NCBI GenBank assembly: GCA_963728205.1 | Contig: CAVSIV010000006.1 | Location: 544,001 to 608,000 of the forward strand | Reading direction: 5' to 3' | DNA: 64,000 nucleotides | Origin: an uncultured Chloroflexia bacterium | GTDB lineage: Bacteria > Chloroflexota > Dehalococcoidia > UBA2979 | Shown: positions 19,953-29,108 of the stretch, one piece after another | Numbering within the stretch: position 1 is the first letter of the stretch | Layout of the letters: every line of letters starts with the position of its first letter | Made by a program: the position numbers and the translations under genes | Notes under the pieces: generated by a model | The model's input: the letters and a program-made list of their open reading frames with translations, nothing else | The model's database searches: none | What the model was told of the DNA's origin: nothing

Positions 19953-20642
19953 CCGCGCTCGCGCCGGCGGCAGCTGTTGCTGCCGCCGGCTGAATCCTCC
20001 TCCGCCCGCGTCAGCTTGCGCTGGGCACGGGCTCCGTCGGCGCGCGGTCGGCAGGAACATGCCACCGGTCAGGCCGGCGGTCGGTCGACCGGGGCCGGGT
20101 CGCGCGGCTGGCGCCGGCGCTCGCGTCGCGCCGCAGTTCCGCGGAACGATATGAGGAAGTCGAGCGATCCGCGCAAGCCGCCGCGGGCGCGAGCGCGGCA
20201 GAGCAAGCCACTTTGCCCAACCGCGCGCCGACGGAGGCCGTGCCCAGCGCCAGCTGACGCGGCCGGAGGAGGATCTAGCCCGCGGCCGCGCAAGCTGCCG
20301 CGGGCGCGAGCGCGGCACACCCAGCCACTTCGCGCCGACCGCGCGCCGACGGAGGCCGTGCCCAGCGCCAGCTGACGCGGCCGGAGGAGGATCTAGCCCG
20401 CGGCCGCGCAAGCTGCCGCGGGCGCGAGCGCGGGAAACACGGAGGCCGTGCCCAGCGCCAGCTGACGCGGCCGGAGGAGGATCTAGCCCGCGGCCGCGCA
20501 AGCTGCCGCGGGCGCGAGCGCGGCACACCCAGCCACTTCGCGCCGACCGCGCGCCGACGGAGGCCGCGCCCAGCGCCAGCTGACGCGGCCGGAGGAGGAT
20601 CTAGCCCGCGGCCGCGCAAGCTGCCGCGGGCGCGAGCGCGGA
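19953..20642. repeat. ~95-nt repeat: four direct copies (20221-20642) and one diverged inverted copy (19953-20047)
   Basis: Unit ACGGAGGCCGTGCCCAGCGCCAGCTGACGCGGCCGGAGGAGGATCTAGCCCGCGGCCGCGCAAGCTGCCGCGGGCGCGAGCGCGG. Confidence 0.9.
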
Positions 20643-20694
20643 AAGAACAAGCGCGCTAGCCGGGGACGGCGGACGCCGTCCCCGGCTAGCGCGC
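20642..20694 (-). terminator. Intrinsic terminator of amtB-glnK
   Basis: Perfect 20-bp stem GCGCGCTAGCCGGGGACGGC/GCCGTCCCCGGCTAGCGCGC followed on the minus strand by TTGTTCTTT. Confidence 0.85.
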
Positions 20695-20697
20695 GAA

Positions 20698-21036
20698 TTA
20701 CAGCGCCTCGTTCCCCCGTTCCCCGGTGCGGATCCGGATCACGTCCTCGACGTCGATGACCGCGATCTTGCCGTCGCCGATCGCGCCGGTGCGCGCGGTC
20801 TGCTCAATCGTCGAGATCACGGTCGGCGCGTGCGCGTCGTCCGTGAGCACCTCGATGCGTACCTTCGGCACGAAGGCCACCTCGTACTCGTTGCCGCGGT
20901 AGGTCTCCGTGTGCCCGGCCTGGCGGCCGAAGCCCTCGATCGCGCTGGCCGACAGTCCACTCACGCCCGCCTCGCGGAGCGCGTCGCGGATGTCGTCGAG
21001 CTTGAACGGGTTCACGTAGGCGATGATGAGCTTCAC
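20698..21036 (-). CDS. glnK: P-II nitrogen regulator
   Basis: 112 aa from GTG 21036; GFGRQ.GHTETYRG.EY, ARTGAIGDGKI, IRIRTGERG; directly downstream of amtB. Confidence 0.94.
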   Translation of the reverse strand: MKLIIAYVNPFKLDDIRDALREAGVSGLSASAIEGFGRQAGHTETYRGNEYEVAFVPKVRIEVLTDDAHAPTVISTIEQTARTGAIGDGKIAVIDVEDVIRIRTGERGNEAL

Positions 21037-21046
21037 GCGTCTCTCC

Positions 21047-22708
21047 CTACGCCCGCACGGCCGCGCTGGCCGGGTGCATCGCACCCGGGACGCCCATGCC
21101 GTCCGTGTGGTAGCCCGGCAGGCCGAGCTCGGGGATGTCGAGGCCCTCGAGCTCCATCGCCTCCGGCACGCGGTTCCCGCCGATCACCCGGTCGAGGACC
21201 TTGAAGAAGACCCACGCGGTGCCGAACGCCCACACGAAGCAGACGATCATGCCGATCAGCTGCGCGACCAACTGCCCGGCGTCGCCGAAGAAGAGGCCCT
21301 TCGGCGCGAGCCCGCCGTAGTTCATCGTGCCGTCGGCGAAGAGGCCGACGCACAGCTGACCGAACGCGCCGTTCACGCCGTGGACGCTGATGGCGCCCAC
21401 CGGGTCGTCGATCTTCAGCACGCGGTCGACGAAGTTGACCGACCACACGACGAGCACGCCGGCGATCACGCCGATCAGCACGCCGATGTACGGGCTCACG
21501 AAGCCGCTGGGTGCGGTGATCGCGACCAGGCCGGCGAGCAGGCCGTTGATCGACATGCCCGGGTCCGGCTTGCCCTGCGTCCACCACGTGTAGGCCATCG
21601 CGCTCACCGCGCCGCCGGCCGAGGCGAGCATCGTCGTCGTCGCGATGATCCCGATGCGCAGGTTGCCGTTGCCGGCCGCGCCGAGCGTCGAGCCCGGGTT
21701 GAAGCCGAACCAGCCGAACGCCAGGATCAGCGTTCCCAGCACCGCGATCACGATGTTGTGGCCCGGGATCGCGTTGCTCGTCCCGTCCTTGTTGTACTTC
21801 CCGATGCGCGGCCCGAGGACGAGCGCCCCGGCCAGGCCGGTCCAGCCACCGACCGCGTGCACGACGCCGCTGCCGGCGAAGTCCAGGTACCCCGCGCCGA
21901 AGCCCTTGGCGCCGAGCTGCGACAGCCAGCCGCCGCCCCAGACCCAGTTGCCGAACACCGGGTAGATGATGATCGAGACGAAGAACCCGTAGCAGACGAA
22001 CGACAGCCATCGCCACCGCTCGGCCATCGCGCCGGTGGGGATCGTGGCGGTGGTGTCCATGAACACCATCTCGAACAGGAAGAGGACGGCAACCCCGACG
22101 TCATATGAGGTGCCGGACAGGAAGAATCCCTTGTAGCCGAACAGGCCCCAGTCGACGCCGGCGAGGTGGACGGTGAATTCCTTGTTCAGGACCGCCAGCC
22201 CTCCGAGGTTCCCCACCCCGACGAGCCCCACGCCGCCCATCTGGATCGCGAAGCCCGCGATCCAGTAGCCGAGCATGCCGATGCCGTACACCATGTAGTT
22301 CATCAGCATGACGTGCATGGCGTTCTTCGCGCGGCAGAACCCGGTCTCGACCAGCGCGAAGCCGGCCTGCATGAACATGACCAGGTAGCCGGTCACGAGC
22401 ACCCACGTGAAGTTGATGCCGAGGCGGTTCTGGTCGACCAGGTCGGCCAGCTTCACCGCGAACGGCTCGGACTTCATCGCGGCGTTGTAGTCGTCTTGCG
22501 TGATCGTGCCCGGCGCGACGCCGACGAGGTTCGAGCCCGAGCTGGTCGTCAGACCGGACTGGTCAGCCTTGGGCGCCGTCGTGGGACCGTCGGCGTGGGC
22601 CACCCCGCTGCCCGCCACGAAGGCCAGGGCGAACGCGGCGACGAACACCGGCAGCACGACGAGCGCGAGGCGGCGCAGGGACAGCTGCGTCAACAGGCGA
22701 GCCACCAT
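21047..22708 (-). CDS. amtB: Ammonium transporter
   Basis: AGGAG RBS; FMQAGFALVETG, TIPTGAMAER, DFAGSGVVH, FGWFGFNPGS, IDDPVGAISVHG. Confidence 0.95.
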   Translation of the reverse strand: MVARLLTQLSLRRLALVVLPVFVAAFALAFVAGSGVAHADGPTTAPKADQSGLTTSSGSNLVGVAPGTITQDDYNAAMKSEPFAVKLADLVDQNRLGINFTWVLVTGYLVMFMQAGFALVETGFCRAKNAMHVMLMNYMVYGIGMLGYWIAGFAIQMGGVGLVGVGNLGGLAVLNKEFTVHLAGVDWGLFGYKGFFLSGTSYDVGVAVLFLFEMVFMDTTATIPTGAMAERWRWLSFVCYGFFVSIIIYPVFGNWVWGGGWLSQLGAKGFGAGYLDFAGSGVVHAVGGWTGLAGALVLGPRIGKYNKDGTSNAIPGHNIVIAVLGTLILAFGWFGFNPGSTLGAAGNGNLRIGIIATTTMLASAGGAVSAMAYTWWTQGKPDPGMSINGLLAGLVAITAPSGFVSPYIGVLIGVIAGVLVVWSVNFVDRVLKIDDPVGAISVHGVNGAFGQLCVGLFADGTMNYGGLAPKGLFFGDAGQLVAQLIGMIVCFVWAFGTAWVFFKVLDRVIGGNRVPEAMELEGLDIPELGLPGYHTDGMGVPGAMHPASAAVRA

Positions 22709-22764
22709 TCGATGTGTTTCTCCTACTGCACTTCGGGATGGGGCGAACGAGTCCTGTCTCTGGC

Positions 22765-23367
22765 TCACCCTTCCTTTCCATGCGCCCCGCGCGCGCCACT
22801 CGCCTGCGCTCCGCGTGCGCCACTTGGATGCGCTCCGCGCGGGCCCTTGCGAGAGCCACGCGTGCCGCGTCCAGGTGCCGCGCTCGGCGCCGCGGGGGCG
22901 GCGCTCCGTCCGGCACGTGGGGCGCGCGGGAGGTGGACGACCCGGAGCGCTTCCTCGCGGTGCGCACCGAGGAGGGGGATGTCGAGGTTTCGCATGCCCG
23001 GGACGGCGACGAATCGCACGCCGCGCGGCGTCGTCTCGACGGCTTCGAAGTCGCCGAGCGGGCGGTACACGACGTTGTTCACGGCGAGGCCGCTCGTCAT
23101 CACGCGCAGCCGCACGGGGATCGTGAGGATGCCGACGGTCGCGAGGATCACGACGAGCTCGGCGACGGGCGATACGAGCCCGCCGGCCGCCGTCAGCAGC
23201 AGCACGACGCCGATCGCGTAGACGTTCTTGCGCTGGAGCAGCGTGCGCTCGCGGAAGGTGAGGGCAATCTGGCGGACCTCGCGGCCCTCGACCTTCGCGC
23301 CGATGGGGAGCATCACCCGCATCAGCATCATCCCGAGCATCAGGGCGAACAGCAGCAGGACGGCCAT
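22765..23367 (-). CDS. Membrane protein (2-3 TM plus soluble beta-rich C-terminus), amtB operon
   Basis: ATG 23367 overlaps the upstream TGA; AAAGGGGAG RBS; hydrophobic segments. Confidence 0.7.
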   Translation of the reverse strand: MAVLLLFALMLGMMLMRVMLPIGAKVEGREVRQIALTFRERTLLQRKNVYAIGVVLLLTAAGGLVSPVAELVVILATVGILTIPVRLRVMTSGLAVNNVVYRPLGDFEAVETTPRGVRFVAVPGMRNLDIPLLGAHREEALRVVHLPRAPRAGRSAAPAAPSAAPGRGTRGSRKGPRGAHPSGARGAQASGARGAHGKEG

Positions 23368-23993
23368 CAGGCTCCCCTTTCCTCGACGGCGGCGGCCGCG
23401 CCGGCAAGCCGGTCGCGACGCCGCCGCTCGCGCTTGGTCTGGAACAGGCGCTGCACGGCGCGCCCGATCGACGCGAAGCCCCCGGCGGCCTCGACGCCGC
23501 CGAACTCCGCCTTCGCGTGCTCGCGCAGCAGCGTGAGCGCCCGGCGCAGGTGTGCCTCGAGCGCCGGGTCGCTGCCGTCGCAGTCGTGGAGCGCCTGCCG
23601 CAGCTCGGCGCGTGCGCGCGGCGTCACGCCGAGGCGCAGCCAGTAGTCGCCGAGCTGGAGCCGCGCGAAGGGCGAACGCGGGTCGATCTCGAGCGCGCGG
23701 TCGATCAGCGCGCGCGCCTCCTCGACCTCGAGCCGCAGCAGCGCGACGTGCGCCTGCAGCGCCAGGAGGTCGACGTCGTCCGGCGCGGCGGTCAGCGCCG
23801 CGTCGAGCAGCGCCTGCGCGCCGTCGAGGTCGTCGCGCCGCAGCAGCGCCTCGACGCGCGTGCGCAGCGGCTCGGCGGCGGCGGCGGACGGCGACGCGGC
23901 GAGCGGCGCCCCGCAGTGCGCGCAGAAGCGGGCGGCCGGCGCGCGGGCGCTCCCGCACGCCGGGCAAAACGGGAGATCGGTGCCTGCGGTCAT
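23367..23993 (-). CDS. Zinc-ribbon plus TPR protein
   Basis: FCPACG..ARFCAHCG; TPR-like ALEIDPRSPFARLQLG; GGAGGG RBS. Confidence 0.8.
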   Translation of the reverse strand: MTAGTDLPFCPACGSARAPAARFCAHCGAPLAASPSAAAAEPLRTRVEALLRRDDLDGAQALLDAALTAAPDDVDLLALQAHVALLRLEVEEARALIDRALEIDPRSPFARLQLGDYWLRLGVTPRARAELRQALHDCDGSDPALEAHLRRALTLLREHAKAEFGGVEAAGGFASIGRAVQRLFQTKRERRRRDRLAGAAAAVEERGA

Positions 23994-24312
23994 CGTTCCC
24001 TCCCCGTCGGATGCGGGATCCCGCGATCCCGCGATGCGATGTGTCTCGGTGTGCTTCTCCCGCGTCGGGCAGCACGCATCCAGCCCGACTCATTGCCGAG
24101 AGAAGACGACAGCGGAGAGTGCTCCGCAGTGTCGCGGTCAGATGTAGGACTGCTGTGCGGTACGAACCGTCAGATAACCGAGGCTGGCATCCGTTCTTTC
24201 CGGCGGTGGGAGGGCCGGGAATGCCGACAGTTGTAGGAGCCGCGTGTGTCGTCGAGGTTTCGCACCGGTTTCACCGGGGATAAATCCGTGCTTCGGGATG
24301 GACGGTTCGCGT

Positions 24313-24512
24313 CGATCCCGTCGCTTCCGCTCCGGGCTCGAACCGGCTTCGGGGGGCGACGTCGGGCCGATCCCGTCGCTTCCGCTCCGGGCTCGAACCG
24401 GCTTCGGGGGGCGACGTCGGGCCGATCCCGTCGCTTCGGCTCCGGGCTCGAACCGGCTTCGGGGGGCGACGTCGGGCCGATCCCGTCGCTTCCGCTCCGG
24501 GCTCGAACCGGC
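24313..24512. repeat. 55-nt tandem repeat (3.6 copies); a fifth 35-nt core copy lies at 25524-25558
   Basis: Core CGATCCCGTCGCTTCCGCTCCGGGCTCGAACCGGC with identical linkers. Confidence 0.92.
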
Positions 24513-24535
24513 CATGAGTCCGCTACAGTCGCGGC

Positions 24536-25504
24536 ATGCACATCCTCGTGATGACCGGGATGACCCTTCCCGCCGTCTCCGATGACGACGTCGCGCGCAT
24601 CCGCGACGCCGGCGGCGAGGGCACGCGCGTCACGGTCGTCGACAGCGTCGGCGAGGCCCTCGAGGTTTCGTCCGACGTCGAGGTGGTGATGGGCCGCGTC
24701 ACGCCCGAGCTGTTCCGCGCGGCGCCGCGGCTGCGCTGGGTGCACGCGGTCGTCTCCGGGGTCGACGCGTTCCTCTACCCGGAGATGCGCGCGAGCGACG
24801 TCGTGCTCACGGGCGAGAAGGGGCTCGTCGGCGGGCACCTCGCGGATCACGCGTTCGCGCTGCTGCTCGCGCTCACCCGCGGCGTCGCGCAGGCGGTTCG
24901 CTATGGCGACGCCGCGTGGGACCACCGCATGGAGTTTCGCCGCGCCAACGTCGAACTCGCCGGCATGACCATGGGGATCGTCGGCCTCGGCGGCACCGGC
25001 CGCGAGATCGCACGGCGCGCCGTCGCCTTCGGCATGCGCTGCCGCGCGGTCGACCTCGCGGCGGTCCCGCCCTCGGACGACGTGCCGCTCGTCGCGGGGA
25101 TGGACGCGCTCGATGCGCTGCTCGGCGCGTCGGACGTCGTGGCCGTCTGCTGCCCGCTCACCGACGCGACCCGGGGCCTCTTCGACGCCGCGGCCTTCGC
25201 GCGCATGCGGCCGACCGCGTGGCTCGTGAACGTCACGCGCGGCGGCATCGTCGACGACGCCGCGCTCGTCGATGCGCTCCGCGCCGGCCGCATCGCCGGC
25301 GCGGGGCTCGACGTCGTGCCGGAGGAGCCGCTGCCGCGCGGCCACCCGCTGTGGTCGTTGCCGAACGTGGTGCTGACGCCGCACACCGCCGGCGCGAGCC
25401 AGCTGCGCGCCGGGCGCAACGTCGAGCGCTTCTGCGCGAACCTGCGGCGCTGGCGCGCCGGGGAGCCGCTGATCGGGCTCGTTGATAAGGAGGCGGGGTT
25501 CTAG
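24536..25504 (+). CDS. D-2-hydroxyacid dehydrogenase (probably leaderless)
   Basis: GIVGLGGTG, PLTDATRGLF, VNVTRGGIVD, GAGLDV..EPLP, TPHTAG; TACAGT 6 nt before ATG. Confidence 0.93.
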   Translation: MHILVMTGMTLPAVSDDDVARIRDAGGEGTRVTVVDSVGEALEVSSDVEVVMGRVTPELFRAAPRLRWVHAVVSGVDAFLYPEMRASDVVLTGEKGLVGGHLADHAFALLLALTRGVAQAVRYGDAAWDHRMEFRRANVELAGMTMGIVGLGGTGREIARRAVAFGMRCRAVDLAAVPPSDDVPLVAGMDALDALLGASDVVAVCCPLTDATRGLFDAAAFARMRPTAWLVNVTRGGIVDDAALVDALRAGRIAGAGLDVVPEEPLPRGHPLWSLPNVVLTPHTAGASQLRAGRNVERFCANLRRWRAGEPLIGLVDKEAGF

Positions 25505-25570
25505 GCCCCCCGGCGATCCGGGGCGATCCCGTCGCTTCCGCTCCGGGCTCGAACCGGCGGCGGGCGCGCG

Positions 25571-25813
25571 CTAGGCGATTTGCTTCGCGAAGCGCTTCAC
25601 CTGCTGGTCGAACTCCCGCGTCGACACGTCCACCAGCGTCTTGCCGTCCTCGTCCGACAGCACCAGCGTCACGAACCCGCCCCCTCCCGTGAACTGCAGG
25701 CCGGCCGCGTCCATCGATGCCTCCAGGCCGAGCCCGCCGTCGCCGAAGAACGCGCGCGCCCGCCGCATCACATCGGTCGGCGACTGCTTCGACGTGACCG
25801 TGAGTCGCAGCAT
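25571..25813 (-). CDS. Small conserved hypothetical protein (80 aa)
   Basis: AAGGAGG RBS; ..AFFGDGGLGL..FTGGGGFV..STREFDQQVKRF. Confidence 0.75.
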   Translation of the reverse strand: MLRLTVTSKQSPTDVMRRARAFFGDGGLGLEASMDAAGLQFTGGGGFVTLVLSDEDGKTLVDVSTREFDQQVKRFAKQIA

Positions 25814-26271
25814 GGCCGCCTCCTTCCGCATGAGAGCGTACGCCCGCCGGGCGACGCCGCTGCCGGTCGCCGCCCGCGAGAGAGGTGACGTGATCCGGCG
25901 ACGAAACGACGGACAGCAAGCGCGCGATCCGCGCGAGTGAGGCGTTTGCTGAGCCCGCCGCAATCGGGTGATCTCGAGCCACCGGCCGGCCACATGCCGA
26001 ACCTGCTCGATAAACAGTCGCCGAGCGGGAACCTCCGATGCGAGATTTGCCGGCAGGTTGCAACGAAACCGACACGCCCGCTGGATCGCCCCCCGTGGTG
26101 TCGACGTTTATCATCGTCGTCGGAAGCCACCCGCGTCGTCGCCCGCCGGCGGCCGCCGCGGATGCCCGCTTCCGACTCGATCGCGGGTTTCCGGGCCGGT
26201 CATCACCGTTTGGAGTCGACGGCGGCGCTGCAGCGACGCGTGCCCGGTCGGCGCGTGCAGAGGAGTGGACG

Positions 26272-26529
26272 ATGGCGAAGTTCAGGGCGCTCGACCCGAA
26301 GTCGGTCGTGCTGGGGCGCGGGATCTCCGCGCGCGAGGCCCGGCGCCCGTACATCGAGGCGCTGCGGCAGGGCGACGCCGGTCGCGTCGACATCGAGCGC
26401 GGCGAGCGGCCGGGCTCCGTGAAGCGCCATCTGCAGGCGGCAGCGAAGGAGGTCGGCGTGCGCGTGCGCTCCTCGTGGGCGGACGGCAAGCAGCAGAGCC
26501 TCTACTGGAAGAAGGCGCGCTCGCGCTGA
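26272..26529 (+). CDS. Small basic protein, possibly DNA-binding (85 aa)
   Basis: AGAGGAG RBS; MAKFRALDP..YIEAL..GERPGSVKRHLQAAAKEVG..LYWKK. Confidence 0.72.
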   Translation: MAKFRALDPKSVVLGRGISAREARRPYIEALRQGDAGRVDIERGERPGSVKRHLQAAAKEVGVRVRSSWADGKQQSLYWKKARSR

Positions 26530-26558
26530 TCCCCGCGGGGATCGGCACGAGCCGGCCC

Positions 26559-26894
26559 ATGGCGGCACGTCCGCTGCAGCTGCCCGACCGCTTCGAGCGC
26601 CTCCTCGAGGAGTTGCGCGAGGTCGACCCGCTCGACCACGAGCGCGCCGACGAGGACGTCGAGTCGCTCGTCTACCGCGCCGCCCGCACGGGCGACGCGC
26701 TCCATCGCTGCGACGTCTGCGGCCGCCTGATCGTCGAGGTCGATGGCACCGTCGCTTTTCTCGGCGCGCACTACGGCCTCGACGACGACCAGCGCACCGC
26801 GCTGGGGGAGGCGATCATGCGCACCGAGGTCGAGACCGGCGACACCCTCAGCCCGAACTACTGCAGCTACCACGCCCAGATCACGAGCGAGTAG
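26559..26894 (+). CDS. Hypothetical protein with CxxC and CxxH
   Basis: RCDVCG...NYCSYH; coding-like codon bias. Confidence 0.62.
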   Translation: MAARPLQLPDRFERLLEELREVDPLDHERADEDVESLVYRAARTGDALHRCDVCGRLIVEVDGTVAFLGAHYGLDDDQRTALGEAIMRTEVETGDTLSPNYCSYHAQITSE

Positions 26895-27039
26895 CCGAAG
26901 GCGGCCGCCTCCCACAGCGGCGGCAGATATGCCGCCGACAAATCCGCGGACGCAGTTCGCTGCGGCGGCCCCCCCTGTTCGCCCCCTTGTCCGCCCCGTT
27001 TCGGTACGATGTTCCTCCCACCACCGGAGAGCAGGGCGC

Positions 27040-27354
27040 ATGACGATCGAGATCGAGTGGCAGGACCGGCAGGCGCGGCCGCGCTGCTTCTGCGATCACT
27101 GCCACGACGCGATCGCCGACGTCGACGACGGGCTCGCGCTCTGGGAAGAGCGCGACGTCACGGCCGTCGGCCGGCGCGGCGTGTTCCAGGTGCACCGCGG
27201 CTGCGTCGGCGACTTTCGCGGTTCGCGGATGTCCTGCACGGTCGGCGACTGGCTGTCGCAGGACCTCGCGTGGTTCCTCGCGAGCCTCGCGGACGGCGTC
27301 GGCTTCCGCACGGAGGAGCACGTCGAGCGCCTCGCGCGGACCGTCTCGATCTGA
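27040..27354 (+). CDS. Hypothetical zinc-finger-like protein
   Basis: CDHC...HRGC; TACGAT -10-like hexamer at 27005 and GGAG RBS. Confidence 0.65.
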   Translation: MTIEIEWQDRQARPRCFCDHCHDAIADVDDGLALWEERDVTAVGRRGVFQVHRGCVGDFRGSRMSCTVGDWLSQDLAWFLASLADGVGFRTEEHVERLARTVSI

Positions 27355-27435
27355 GCGGCGGCAGCGGGCCGCCGACCTGTCGGCGGCATGTCTGCCGCCG
27401 CTTTGGGAGACGGCGGACCACGCCGCCTGCGGCCC

Positions 27436-27503
27436 GGCGACGAGCCGCGTGTGGCCGGCGACGAGCCGCGTGTGGCCGGCGACGAGCCGCGTGTGGCCGG
27501 CGA
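27436..27503. repeat. 21-nt tandem repeat x3
   Basis: GGCGACGAGCCGCGTGTGGCC repeated. Confidence 0.8.
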
Positions 27504-27637
27504 TGTTGCTGCACACAGACCAAGCGTCGCGCCGCCGACCGGGCCGGCGCGACCGGGCCAGGTTCACCGCACGGACCGGTTGCTGGGAACCACCCGCGAA
27601 CGCGAGCGCGCCGCCGGTGCGCGGAGGGAGGACCCGG

Positions 27638-28867
27638 ATGAGCTCCGCAATGCCCCGCGGCGGCGCCGCCGCCGGCACAGCCGTGCGGTCGGCCGCCGGC
27701 GCCACCAGCGCCGCGGCGATCGAGAGCGGCCCCACCTGGGACGCCGCCACCGACGCCGTGATCGCGGCGCTCGCCGGCGCCGAGGACGCGCACCTCGCCG
27801 TCGTCTTCGTCGACTCGCGCTTCAGCGACCACTACGTCGACGTCCTCGCGCGCCTGCGCGCGGCGCTGCGCCCCGGCCGGCTCGTCGGCTGCAGCGGCCA
27901 GGCCGTGATCGGCCCCGGCCGCGAGGCCGAGGACGCGCCCGCCGTCTCCGTGCTCCTGCTCCACCTGCCGGGCGCCGCGCTCACCCCGCTCACGCTCGAC
28001 CCGGAGACCGCCTCCGCGCACGACCTCGACGCGCTCGACGGCGCCGCGGCCACGGCGCTGCTCGTCTTCGCCGACCCGTTCTCCGTGCACGTCGAGCACC
28101 TGCTCGCCGCCATCGAGCAGCGCCGCCCCGGCCTCACGCTGCTCGGCGGGATGGCGTCCTCGCACGACGGCGCGCGGCGCACCGCGGTCTTCCTCGACGG
28201 CGACGTGCACGACGCGGGCGTCGTCATGCTCGCGATCGGCGGCGCCGTGGAGCTGCGCACCGTCGTCGCGCAGGGCGCCGAGCCGATCGGCGAGGCGTGG
28301 ACGATCACCGACTGCGAGCGGAACCTCGTGAAGACGCTCGGCAACCGGCCGCCGGTCGAGGTACTGCGCGAGACCATCGACGCGCTCGACCCGGAGACCA
28401 GCGCGCGCGCCAGCCGCAACCTGCTCGTCGGGCTCGCGCTCGACGAGTATCGCGACGCCTACGGCCGCGGCGACTACCTGATCCGCAACCTGCTCGGCTT
28501 CGACCAGGAGAGCGGCGCGATCGCGGTCAGCGCGAACGTGCACGTCGGCCAGACGCTGCAGTTCCAGTTCCGCGACGCCGTCGCCGCCGACGCCGACCTG
28601 CGCGAGCAGCTCGCGCGCTTCCCGGCCACGCTGGCCACCGGCGAGCACGTCGTGGGTGCGCTGCTGTGCACCTGCAACGGTCGCGGGCGCGGCCTCTTCG
28701 GCACGCCCGACCACGACGCGCGCGCCATCGCCGACGCGCTCGACGCGCTCCCGACCGCCGGCCTGTTCTGCAACGGCGAGATCGGCCCGGTGTCGGGGAA
28801 GGCGTTCCTCCACGGCTTCACGGCGAGCGTCGGCCTGTTCACGACGCGGTCGTTCCCCGCGCAATAA
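27638..28867 (+). CDS. FIST signal transduction protein
   Basis: LVGCSGQAVIG, FADPFS, GGMAS, VAQGAEPIG, DYLIRNLLG, CNGRG, GLFCNGEIGP, LHGFTAS. Confidence 0.92.
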   Translation: MSSAMPRGGAAAGTAVRSAAGATSAAAIESGPTWDAATDAVIAALAGAEDAHLAVVFVDSRFSDHYVDVLARLRAALRPGRLVGCSGQAVIGPGREAEDAPAVSVLLLHLPGAALTPLTLDPETASAHDLDALDGAAATALLVFADPFSVHVEHLLAAIEQRRPGLTLLGGMASSHDGARRTAVFLDGDVHDAGVVMLAIGGAVELRTVVAQGAEPIGEAWTITDCERNLVKTLGNRPPVEVLRETIDALDPETSARASRNLLVGLALDEYRDAYGRGDYLIRNLLGFDQESGAIAVSANVHVGQTLQFQFRDAVAADADLREQLARFPATLATGEHVVGALLCTCNGRGRGLFGTPDHDARAIADALDALPTAGLFCNGEIGPVSGKAFLHGFTASVGLFTTRSFPAQ

Positions 28868-28927
28868 GCGCGCGCGGTACGGCCTGTCCTGAAGCCGTCG
28901 AGGGGTTTCAGGTCTCGTCGGGCAGTC

Positions 28928-29017
28928 AAAGCGGCGGCAGACATGCCGCCGACAGGACGCGGACGCAGTCCGCGGCTGGCGCCGCGCTTCTGTCGGCGGC
29001 ATATCTGCCGCCGCTTT
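28928..29017. repeat. REP family A 90-nt doublet
   Basis: Near-identical to 3531-3620 and 35726-35815. Confidence 0.9.
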
Positions 29018-29108
29018 GGGTGACGTTCATGCGCGCACGGCGCCCCCGGGGGCATGCTGACTGCCGTGGACCGTGGGCCCCCTGGCGACCAGAGGCCACC
29101 CGCGCCGG

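Noticed and set aside
20221-20642. CRISPR array or repeat-protein CDS
   Set aside because: Unit is too long, linkers recur, and the ORFs over it are Arg/Ala-rich shadows.
22709-22764. Glutamine (glnA) riboswitch before amtB
   Set aside because: Only CGTTC and GAAGT fragments match; the closing 3' strand is absent.
24136-24184. GlnR/TnrA boxes (two GTCAGAT half sites) upstream of the amtB operon
   Set aside because: Right half-sites do not fit TGTNA-N7-TNACA; not supportable.
24313-24512. CRISPR array (35-nt palindromic repeat with 20-nt spacers)
   Set aside because: Spacers are identical, and no cas genes or AT-rich leader are present; it is a tandem repeat.
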